Below, piece by piece: positions 53,553 through 64,000 of a stretch of 64,000 nt of DNA. The translations under genes were made by a program, and so were the position numbers. The notes beneath the pieces were generated by a model. That model was not told the DNA's origin. It did not search any database and saw only the letters and a list, made by a program, of their open reading frames with translations. Each line of letters starts with the position of its first letter. The stretch's first letter is position 1. This stretch comes from Eledone cirrhosa (taxonomy: Eukaryota), in contig OZ024740.1 of NCBI GenBank assembly GCA_964016885.1, positions 57,412,001-57,476,000 of the forward strand, written 5' to 3'.

Positions 53553-53963
53553 ATGGCTACTGAACATCATAAAGTCCATTACCAAGAAAAGGATTGGTAT
53601 ACTAACAACAATAGCATCTCTACTAATTGTGAACGAGAACAAAAAGCCTCCATTAACTGCCGACATGAAGGCCGATACCTGCGCAATGAAACTTATCTTC
53701 AAACTAAATGGGACCAGTACTACAATAATATCAGGCTTGGTGACAGAACTGATCAAATTAGAAAATGGAAGGAATTACTTGAGAAAACCTTACACGATAT
53801 AGATATAGAAATTACAGAGTTATCCGAAGCCAAAGATTTGATAGAACAAGAGCTTCAGCAAATGAATCTACCAACTGAGGTTGCTTTAGAAAATTTGACT
53901 CTCAGAGAAAGTCATTTTGGTGTAGACCTTAATGATGATGGACCTCAGGAGGAACTTAGAAAG
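53553..53963 (+). CDS. TEKT2: Tektin-2 (tektin B1) first coding exon
   Basis: MAT...DWYTNN...LRNET..QTKWD...RLGDR....KWKELLEK...NLPTEVALENLTLRES...EELRK matches the TEKT2 N-terminus; GT donor at 53964. Confidence 0.95.
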
Positions 53964-56044
53964 GTTTGTGGCTTTGAAAAAGACTGTTTAATTTTAGTAT
54001 TAGCTTTCTATTAATTTTTTTTTTTTTTTGTATTGGTGCTTTTACATAGCTGTATACATATAAATATTCATATTGTATATTTAATAATGTCTGGGATGCT
54101 TATGAAAAACATTTGAAAGCCTTTCACATGACCATCATCACACACCCAGCCTCAGCAAAAACAGGGGAAAGTAATTGACAATGCCATCGTTTCTCACTTA
54201 TTAGCAGTTATCAAAACTACATATCTCCTTGCTTTTCATGAGGCTAAAGTAAGCTAGAATCTTATAGATTTCTGCTTATGTTTATGAACTGATGAAACAT
54301 ATTTGCATACGGAGCAGTAGCCAGCCAAGCTTAAATTAAGAAATTCTTCTATTATAATTCCTATCAAATCTAGGATACTTTATAGAAATATTAAATTGAT
54401 TGTAATTTTGTTTTAATCAAACCCAGAAGGCTAAAAGACAAAGATGACGTTGGTATAATTTGAACCCAGTACATTAAGGCAGATCTGTCAACTCTCCCTG
54501 TCCGACGGGGAGATCTCCCACCCACTTTGTGGTGGATGAGAGATGTCTTCTCTTGTGAAAATGGGTATAGCTTTCATTATGTAAAATCTCCCCATTTGGG
54601 GCACATTTTTCATGGTACTTCCCGTAGAGGTTGGCAGGTTTGTAAAGGGCTGTAACTAAATACCGCAGGCATTTTGTTCAACACCCTAAATAATCTGCAA
54701 ATTTCCCACTTGTATTTAGAATTGAACAATTCAGTAAAAATGTCATTATTTTCAGGGTGGGTAGGGTGGTGAATTGGTAGCATAGGTAGGGCGACAGACA
54801 ACATGTTTTACAGCATTATCAATTTACGTTGTGAGTTCAAATCACCCCAAGGTTACCTTTGCTTTTCATCCTTACACAGTCAATAAAATATAGTACCAGT
54901 AATGCACAGGGGTGGATTTAATCGACTTTCTCCTCAAAAATGGTTGGCCTTGTGCCTAAATCAGAAACCGTTATTTTCAGGGTGGGTGGAGTGGGTCCAC
55001 TTGCTAAAATTTATAGGGATATGAGACTTGAAAATTCTTTTCTTTATGTGGTTAATTATGAAAATCTTCATAAACAAAACAAACAAATGAGCTCTCTCTC
55101 AGTCACACGATGTCAAACTAGTAATGAAAAGAGTTGTTCCCCCTAGATGGCTTGTTTTTATGGGAAAATGAATGATTGCTGCTCGAACATATTTTTGACA
55201 CACAACGCAGCAGTTACTGATCAAGAGTTGAAATAATCTGTAATAGTTGAGGTATTTAATCGCTAGTTCACCAAACTAAGGGTATTTAGTTTTTAGTTTC
55301 TTCTATCTAAGTTTAACCTTTCTATTACCTACTTCTTATCATTTCCAATTATTATTTTTAAAATAAGCTCCCGCCGAGGTTAACTTTGCCTTTCATCCTT
55401 ACGAGGTCGATAAAATAAAGTACCAGTAATAACACTGGGTAATTGCTGGCCTTGTGCCAATGGTAGAAACAATTATTTTTAAAATAAGCAAGGATTTGTA
55501 GGAATTTAATCATTTTTTTTAGCTGGTTCTTACAGTTTTTGACGGTTTTTATATAAAAAAAAAAGTGACCATCTGCAAAGGTTGATAGGAAATGCACCAG
55601 TAGTATATTAATAATTGTTTCTACTTTTGGCACAAGGCCAGCAATTACCCAGTGCATTACTGGTACTTTATTTTATCGACCCCGTAAGGATGAAAGGCAA
55701 AGTTAACCTCGGTGGGATTTGAACTTAGATCATAAAGGGACGTAACTCTATGCTTTAAAGCATGGTGTCCGACTCTCTACCGATACTGCCAATTAATAAT
55801 GATAATGAAAGTACAGTGCTCAGGTGCACTACAACTCATTAAAGGTGCATGTATAGTACATAAAGTAATTGTTTCTACTTTTGGCACAAGGCCAGCAATT
55901 ATCCCAGTGCATTACTGGTGCTTTATTTTATCGACCCTGTAAGGCAAAGTTAATCTCGGTGGGATTTAAACTCAGATTGTAAAGGGTCGTAACTCTATGC
56001 TGAAAAGCATTGCGTCCGACCCTCTACCGATACGGCCAATCCCC

Positions 56045-56370
56045 AAATAATGTACAAATGTCAAGAAAGTGAATAGTGTTTGAGTCATAATATACACACA
56101 GACACATACTCATACATGTGCGCGAGGGGGAATATCAGGTGTAGTGTTGGTGAATTTCAGGAAGCATGGAGGTTTTAAAGGATGCAGTGTCTCGACAACT
56201 AACAACTGATGCAGGTAGTTTGTTCCATGCTTCAGCAACTCTGAGCATGAAAAAATATTTCCGACAGTCATGGGAACTGTATTGTTTTCTGATTTTGTAA
56301 GCATGTCCACAGGTGTTAGACATATGGAATTCAAAAAGGTGCTCAGGCTTGTTGTTGGAAAGATGGTTAA
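56045..56370 (-). mobile_element. CR1-type LINE 3' end; other copies at 35123-35372 (+) and 63480-63625 (-)
   Basis: RKYFF..RVAEAWNKLPASVVS..TASFK terminal motif and shared 3' UTR. Confidence 0.8.
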
Positions 56371-56914
56371 TAAAGACGATTAATTAAAATTAAATCAATA
56401 TTCCTAGTGCCAACCACATTTACAGTGTGTACTGGGTGCTTTTTGCCATGTCTTTTACACTACCACTTTACAGTGTGGGATGGGTGCTTTTTGTCGTGAC
56501 AGCTACATGACCACTTTACTGTGTGGGCTGGATGTTTTGTAGTACCAACATAACATACATATATATATATATCATCATCATCGTTTTACATCCGTTCTTC
56601 CACGCTAGCATGGGTTAGACGAGTTGTCCTATTGGAGGCAGTGTCCTGTCGGCTGACCTTGTCTTGCTCATACAGGAACTGATTCTGGTTTGATTTCTAC
56701 AGCTGGATGCCCTTCCTAACACCAACCTCATTTACAGTGAGTGCTGGGTGCTTTTTTCCGTGGTGCCTACACGTCCACTTTACAGTGTGGGCTGGGTGCT
56801 TTTTGTCGTGACGTCTACATGACCACTTTACAGTGTGGGCTGGGGCTTTACTGGATGCATTTCCTTTGGCCTGTCCTCATGGGGGTGTATGGGAGGATAG
56901 GTTGGGACATACTG

Positions 56915-58477
56915 TACTTGGCATTTGTCGACCTTGAGAAAGCCTTTGACAGAGTTCCATGTGCTGTAATCTGGTGGGCTCTTAGAAAACTAGGAGTAGA
57001 TGAATGGCTTGTGAAAGCGGTACAAGCCATGTATAGGGGAGCAGTCAGCAAAGTTAGGATTGGCAATGAGTATAGCGAGGAATTTAGCGTACAGGTTGGG
57101 GTCCACCAGGGCTCTGTTCTTAGCCCTCTCCTGTTCATCATAGTCCTGCAGGCAATAACGGAGGAGTTTAAGACCGGATGCCCATGGGAACTCCTGTATG
57201 CTGATGACCTCGCACTCATAGCTGAATCTATGGTAGAACTAGAGAATAAATTCCAAACCTGGAAGCAGGGACTAGAGAGAAAGGGCCTCAAAGTCAACAT
57301 GACAAAGACTAAGGTCCTTATAAGTAGACGAGAAAACAGAACCCAGATCCCCTCAGGGAAATGGCCTTGCTCAGTATGTAGGAAAGGTGTAGGTAGGAAC
57401 TCCATTCTCTGCCCCAAATGCAAACAATGGGTACACAAGAGATGTAGCGGGATCTCAGGAAGCTTAATTAAGAATGTAGGATTCACATGCAGCAGCTGTG
57501 CTGAAACAGCAAGCAAACAGCCACAGGAAACAAGTACCACCAATCTCTGGGAGGGCCCTGTAGAAACAGTAGACAGCTTCTGCTACCTAGGTGACCGAAT
57601 TAGCAACGGAGGTGGGTGCTCAGAAAGTACAATAACTAGGGTAAGAACGGGATGGAAGAAGTTTAGGGAACTACTACCACTGCTAGCTGCAAAAGGCTTC
57701 TCCCTCAGAATGAAAGGCAGACTGTATGATGCGTGTATCCGAACAGCGATGTTGCATGGTAGTGAGACCTGGGCGCTGAAGGTGGAAGACTTACGTAGAT
57801 TAGAGAGAAACGAAGCCTGCATGCTCCGATGGATGTGTAACAGTAATATACGTGAACGACAAAGCATAAAGGAATTGAGAGAGAGACTGAGCATAAGAGG
57901 AATCAAATGCTGCGTGCAGGAGAGGCGGTTACGCTGGTATGGACATGTGATGCGTATGAAGGATGACAGCTGCATAAAAAGGTGCAGAGCACTAGAAGTT
58001 GATGGAAACCGCGGAGTGGGGAGACCCAAGATGACTTGGGATGAGGTGATAAAAGCCGACCTTACCCAACTACACCTCTCAAAGTCAATGACACACGACC
58101 GTGACTTCTGGCGTCACGCAGTAATACAGGGTACCCGACCTCCCATGGGTACATGCTGAAGCATATAAACAATATGCGCCCCCCCCCCCCCCCCCCCCCC
58201 CCCACCGCAAGGTGGTCGTGGAGGTGCCACGGCAAAAAAGCACCCAGCCCACACTGTAAAGTGGACGTGTAGGCGCCACGAAAAAGCACCCAGCACTCAC
58301 TGTAAATGAGGTTGGTGTTAGGAAGGGCATCCAGCTGTAGAAATCAAGCCAGATCAGTTCCTGTATGAGCAAGGCATGGTCAGCCGACCAGACACTGCCC
58401 ACAACAGGACAACCCGTCTAACCCATGCTAGCGTGGAAGAACGGACGTAAAACGGTGATGATGATGATGATGATGAT
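56915..58477 (+). mobile_element. RTE LINE, near-identical sister of 39679-41625, more 5'-truncated
   Basis: Aligns to 40077-41625 with only about ten substitutions by eye. Confidence 0.95.
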
Positions 58478-58494
58478 ACTGTATATATGCTTCG

Positions 58495-59938
58495 GCTTGT
58501 GCTCGTGGGAAGTTGGGTCTTCTGTATTACTGCATATCACCAGAGAGTTCGGCCATATCTCATCACCTTTGAGGGGTGCAATTGGGCAAGGTCAGCTTTT
58601 ATTACCTCATCCCAAGTCTTCCTGGGTCTTCCCACTCCAAGGCTTCCATCAACTTTGAGTGCTTTGCACCTTTTTATGCAGCTCTCATCCTTCATACACA
58701 TCACATGCATAGTTTCCTCTAATGCCTAGTTTCTCTCTCTGTTCATTTATGCTTCGCCGCTCTCGTATATTACACATCCATCGGAGCATGCAAGCTTCAT
58801 TTCTTTCCAATCTATGCAAGTCTTCTGCACACAGTGCCCAGGTCTTACTACCATGCAACATAGCTGTATGTATGCATGCATCATACAGTCTGCCTTTCAT
58901 TCTGAGGGAGAAGCCTTTTATAGCCAGCAGTGGTAGTTGCTCCCTGAACTTCCTCCATCCCGTTCTTACTCTGGCTACTGTACTTTCAGAACACCCACCT
59001 CCACTGCTAAGTTGGTCACCCAGATAGCAGAAGCTGTCTACTGTTTCTACAGAGCCCTCCCAGAATTATTAGTGCGTGTTTCCTGCAGTCATTTGCTGTG
59101 CAACTGCTACATGTAAAGCCTACATTCTTAGCTAACCTTCCTGAGATCTCACTTGTGTACCCATAGTTTGCATATGGGGCAGAGATGGAGTTTCTACCTA
59201 CACCTTTGCTACATACTGAACAAGGCCATTTCCCTGAGGGGATCTGGGTTCTGTTTTTCTCTTCTACTTACTAGGACCTTAGTCTTTGTCAGGTTGATTT
59301 TAAGACCCCTTCTTTCTAGGCTCTGCTTCCATGTTTGGAATTTCTTCTCTAGTTCTACCATAGATTCAGCTATGAGTGTAAGATCATCTGCATACAGAAG
59401 TTCTCATGGGCAGCCAGTCTTAAACTCCTCTGTTATAGCCTACAAAATGATAATAAACAGGAGTAGGCTAAAAACAGAGCCCTGGTGGACGCCAACTTGT
59501 ATGCTAAATTCCTTGCTATAGTCATTGTTAATCCTGACTTTGCTGACTGCTCCTCTATACATGGCTTGTACAGCCTTCATAAGCCAATCATCTACTCCTA
59601 GTTTTCTAAGAGCCCACCAGATTATGTCATGGGGCACTCTGGCAAAAGCTTTCTCCAGATCAACAAATGAGAGAGGCTTACTTTTAGCTAGGTACTTTTC
59701 CTGTAACTGTTTCACGAGGAAGAAGGCATCAGTGGTGCTTTTGCCTGGTACAAATCCAAATTGCATCTCATCTCGATTTACCCTGTCTCTAATCAACTAT
59801 GCTATGACTCTTTCTGTTACTTTCATTACCTAGCCCATCAGTTTTATACATCTATAGTTATCTCTATCTAGTGCATCACCTTTACCCTTGTAGCAATTGA
59901 TAATGATGCTGCTGTGCCAATCATTTGGTATGACGCCA
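58495..59938 (-). mobile_element. Decayed RTE LINE, inverted relative to the adjacent copy
   Basis: ORF fragments QFGF/FVDLEKAF/GVHQGS and MKGRLYDAC on the minus strand, with frameshifts. Confidence 0.9.
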
Positions 59939-60142
59939 TATATATATATATATATGAAAAGATTCAGGACCCTGACAGCTGAGCTCCAACCGTTTCGACA
60001 GCTAGTTCGGATCTAGCTGTCGAAACGGCTGGAGCTCAGCTGTCAGGGTCCTGAATCTTTTCATATTACCCACTCTGCTACCCCAAGCATCGAGTACTCT
60101 GGTGGGTTATGGTCCACCTGGTATTTTACCACACCCTATCTG

Positions 60143-60194
<52 letters not shown>

Positions 60195-61019
60195 ATTTAT
60201 ATATATATATTTATATATATATGTGTGTATATGTATATATATAGGGTTGAGAGGACTGTTCAGTTGTGTAAAAGGCATGACAACCTCCACACTCAGTACA
60301 CTCTAAAGAGGTTGGTGATAGGAAGGGCATCCACCTATAAAAAAAAAAATTGCCAATCAAAAGACTGAAAATACTCTTCAGTTGTATCAGAAATATGACA
60401 ATCTTCTTAACTTCTTAATGTTGTTGCCATGAAAATGCACGTGTGGCACTCTGTTGAGAGAGAGAGAGAGTGAGTGAGTGAGTGCAGCAACATATTTAAG
60501 CGAGATGTGACCCCCATATATGGCCAACATATTTAAGCGAGATGTGGTCAATAGCTCTAATTAAGTATTGATTTTGACCTATTCAAGTCTTGCTATTATG
60601 GAGAATTGATGTTGAATGATGATGAAGACAATGATGATGATGTTGATAATGATACACACATGTAAACCATACTAAAATCATAATCATGATATCTACAATT
60701 ACAATGAAAACCTCTAATTGCATATAGAGGACTAGCACTTAGCATGTTAGTTCTGTGCATGATGGTGGTGTCACCAGGTGTAAATACCTGGCTATTTCAG
60801 AACATTACTCAACTGTCATCAAATGATCACACCAACTTTGGGAAGGGTGGAGTAGACATATTGTTGCAGAGGAAATGAACAGATAGAGTAATTGAGATAA
60901 TCAGGGTATGTGACAGAATATTTAAGCTATGACTAGACATAAGCAATATGACAGCACCAGCGACCTTTGAATATACACCACAATCAGGACTGGTAGATGA
61001 GCAAAAGGGCCATTTTTAT

Positions 61020-61500
61020 GAGGATCTCTTGCAGATTACATGATCAACCTTGTCAAAGGTTTTTGCAAAGTCGAGATATATCACATCCATGTTCGAACAG
61101 TCTAGCAGCTGTTTGAGTATCCAGTCATAATGCTGCAAGAGCTGTGTAAGTTAACTTCTACCTGGGCAAAAGCCATGCTGGGTGTCAGTTAGAAGACCAT
61201 TTTCCTCTAGAAAATAATCAGTTTCTTTCTGATAATTCATTCTATGACATTGCTCTACTTCCTCCTTTATGGATAGGACATAGTATGCCTTCTGTTAGTT
61301 TTCCGGGTAGCTTACCACTTGCAAGGATCTTTGGAAGAGGATCTGCTATGGTTTTGCTTATGTTCGCTTGCATGTTTTTAGGAGGATTGCTGGGAATCAT
61401 CAGAGCCAGCAGCTGAATTTGGTCTCGTTTCATCTATGACTGATATTACGACTTTCTCCTTTATATCTATAGAGTGGATAGTTGCCATTTCTTTGTGTAA
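61020..61500 (-). mobile_element. CR1/L2-like RT fragment, adjacent to a plus-strand RTE APE fragment at ~60830-61020
   Basis: MDVIYLDFAKTFDKVDH, QHGF and PIHKGG on the minus strand. Confidence 0.8.
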
Positions 61501-62464
61501 TGCAGAAATCAACTGATTTCTTCAAAAAAAAGAGAGTTGGGTGAGAGTGATAGTGAGGAAGTGAGAAAGAGATATAGAGGAAGAATCAACCCCAGTATTT
61601 GACTGGCACTATTTTTATCAACCTCGAAAGGATGAAAATTCTAATGACTCTGCTAATTTGCCACCTCAAATTCTCTGTAGGAATTGTCAAAATATATAAA
61701 GAACAAACAAGGAATATAACGAGTATAAAAATAAACTTACTGAAATTTTGAGAAAATGAAAATGATGTAAAGAAGAATAAATCATAAATATCTATGATAT
61801 TATTAGTTTATAAAGTCAATAAAAGTAATATGGTGAGATACCATAATTACAAAAGAACAGAGTTAAAAATCAGTAGAATGATAAAATGTGCAGCTAGTGT
61901 TTGTATGTTTGTGTGTAGAAATGATGATGTACTATCTATGTTTATCATATATATATTGGGTTGTCAAGTATGAAATTTGTAGAAATTTGTTGTTTTTTTT
62001 TTTCCCTACAAATGTCATACTTGATGACCCAATACATGATGAACATAGATAATATGTGTGTGTGTATATTCTTACAAAGATACTAAATATTCTATTGCTT
62101 AAAATAAAATTAAAACCAGTTGTTAAAATCCTCTTCATATGGTATGATAGCATATATTATTAGATTTCAATTTTTGAAAATTCTATAATATTGATCTTTT
62201 TTTTTGTATCACAAATAATTTTAATAATTTTGGGAGCTATGAACAGACTATGTAAGAAATCTATACTGACCCTATATTTTTGGTAAAATTTAAATGAATG
62301 TATTTGACATTGGATATTTTTAGTAAAGTTGTAAAAGTAAAAATACTTCATAAACATAATAAATTCTTCATAAAGTAATTCCACATTGACTTCTATGCCA
62401 TGGTATGTATTATCATTTTTCATTTCTATTTAATTATCAAAGACTTATAATGCATCTATTGTAG

Positions 62465-62679
62465 GAGACACAAGTTATAAATGGTATCAAAGCATTATTA
62501 CAACAACGCATCTCAGAGAGTTTTGAACAAATTGTTCGTCTTCAGGAAGCACGCCAACAAGTTCAGGCAGACTTACAAGATAAAAATATTGCCATGAATA
62601 TAGATATTGAACAATACAATTTGAACCAGAATTCTCCAAATGTTAGCTACAAACTAGATCCATTGAAAATTCCAAAAGG
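62465..62679 (+). CDS. TEKT2: Tektin-2 second coding exon (ETQVINGIKALLQQRISESFEQIVRLQEARQQVQADLQDKNIAMNIDIEQYNLNQNSPNVSYKLDPLKIPKG); gene continues beyond window
   Basis: tAG acceptor in phase 0 continuing the previous exon, GTAAG donor; tektin SPNxSxKxDP motif. Confidence 0.93.
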
Positions 62680-63714
62680 GTAAGAGATTCTTCCCATTAA
62701 TTTTAGATATTTTTTAAAGGCATTGAGAAAGAAAATATCTACTGAAAAAAAAAGCAGCATGGTCTTTATTCTATATTCCATAATGATTTTTTTAAATATT
62801 TCTTAAATTGGTATAACAAGATTATATACTACAGATTGTGAGTTTATGATGTTAACTTTTGTTTGTGAATGTACGAATAATATAGTGCAAAGAGGCTTAA
62901 CATTTTGTTTTTTGGAAGTCGATTAACTCACTTAGCTTAGATATTTAAGTTTGTCAATCCTGAAAGTTTTCAAAATTTTAAAAGGCTTAATTAATTTTGT
63001 GTCTGTGTTTCTAATGAATTCATAATTCATCTTGGCATGGTAAATTCACTTTAATATTGTTATCTTTCAAGATGTTAGAAGAAATTTCTTGAGGTATCTA
63101 CATTTGTTGAAAAATTTGGATGGGTTGTTTAAATAGATTTTTTTTTTTTTTCCGTTTCCTTAGTATAACATTTTTGAATTACATAAATGTCATTCAAGAA
63201 CATTCGATAACTTCTTCCATCCCGTTCTTACCCTAGTTATTGTACTTTCTGAACACCCACCTCCACTATAGATAGATAGATATATAGATATAGATGAAGA
63301 AGTTGCATTTAAAAAACATTGAACATTGAAATAAGCAAATGGGGAGCCTCAAAAAGAGAAAGAGAAACTGTAAAAATAAGCCACAATATTTAGATTTTGT
63401 TGATATGGTGGTCCTTAAGGAAATTAGGTGTAGAATAATGGATTGTGAGAGTAGTGCAAGCTATGTAAATAATAATGAAATTATTGTGTACAGTGCTCAG
63501 GTGCACTACAACTCATCAAAGGTGCATGTATAGTACATAGAATAATGTACAAATGTCAGGAAAATGAACAGTGTACGTGTCATGAAATACATGTGTGCGT
63601 GTGTATGGAGAGGGGACATCAGGTGTAAAAAGGTTACATGTACCTCTTGACCAGGATTAAACCCAAGGCCAGGATTTCCACCATCTCTAGTACCTACCAC
63701 GAGGCCACAGAGAC

Positions 63715-64000
63715 AACTATGTACAGAGGAGCTGTCAGTAAAGTGAGAGTAGGAAGTGAGTTAAGTAAAGAATTGAAGGTATAGGTAGGAGTTCATCAAG
63801 GTTCGGTTCTTAGCCCACAGCTGTTCATCATAGTTCTGCAGGACATAACAGAGGAGTTTAAAACTGGCTGTCTATGGGAACTTCTCTGTGCAAAGGATTT
63901 AATCCTTATAGCCGAATCCATAAAAGAACTAGAAAATAAGTTCTGTGTATTGAAACGGAATTTGGAATTAAAGGGTCTGAGAGTAAACTTAGCCAAAACT
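63715..64000 (+). mobile_element. Decayed RTE RT fragment, runs off the window
   Basis: GVHQGSVLSP...TEEFKTGC.WELL. Confidence 0.8.

Noticed and set aside
56410-56850. Repeated CCACTTTACAGTGTGGGCTGG units resembling a CRISPR array
   Set aside because: Internal subrepeats of the RTE/SINE 3' UTR in a eukaryotic intron; no unique spacers or cas genes.

Overview
AT-rich, repeat-dense eukaryotic (animal) DNA. The (TA)n arrays, tRNA-head SINEs and (GAT)n-tailed RTE LINEs suggest an octopod cephalopod, which is an inference. Two host genes are transcribed divergently from a ~270-bp region near 47.3-47.6 kb. A complete 7-exon ATRAID (APR3) gene lies on the minus strand (47331->19675, 225 aa, all splice phases consistent). 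The first two coding exons of tektin-2 lie on the plus strand (53553-53963, 62465-62679), with a perfect RFX X-box upstream. The rest is mobile DNA: a DD37D (maT) Tc1/mariner relic, a young internally deleted Gypsy-type LTR element, young and old RTE LINEs with a PHD finger inside the RT, CR1-, CRE- and Penelope-like fragments, SINE families, and piggyBac-, hAT- and pogo-type MITEs. The most striking hidden layer is about 15 type I hammerhead-ribozyme motifs or half-motifs in Penelope-type terminal repeats. Most sit in (TA)n tracts, and many form head-to-head palindromes. Several palindromes are centred exactly on ribozyme helix II, suggesting fold-back at the ribozyme hairpin.
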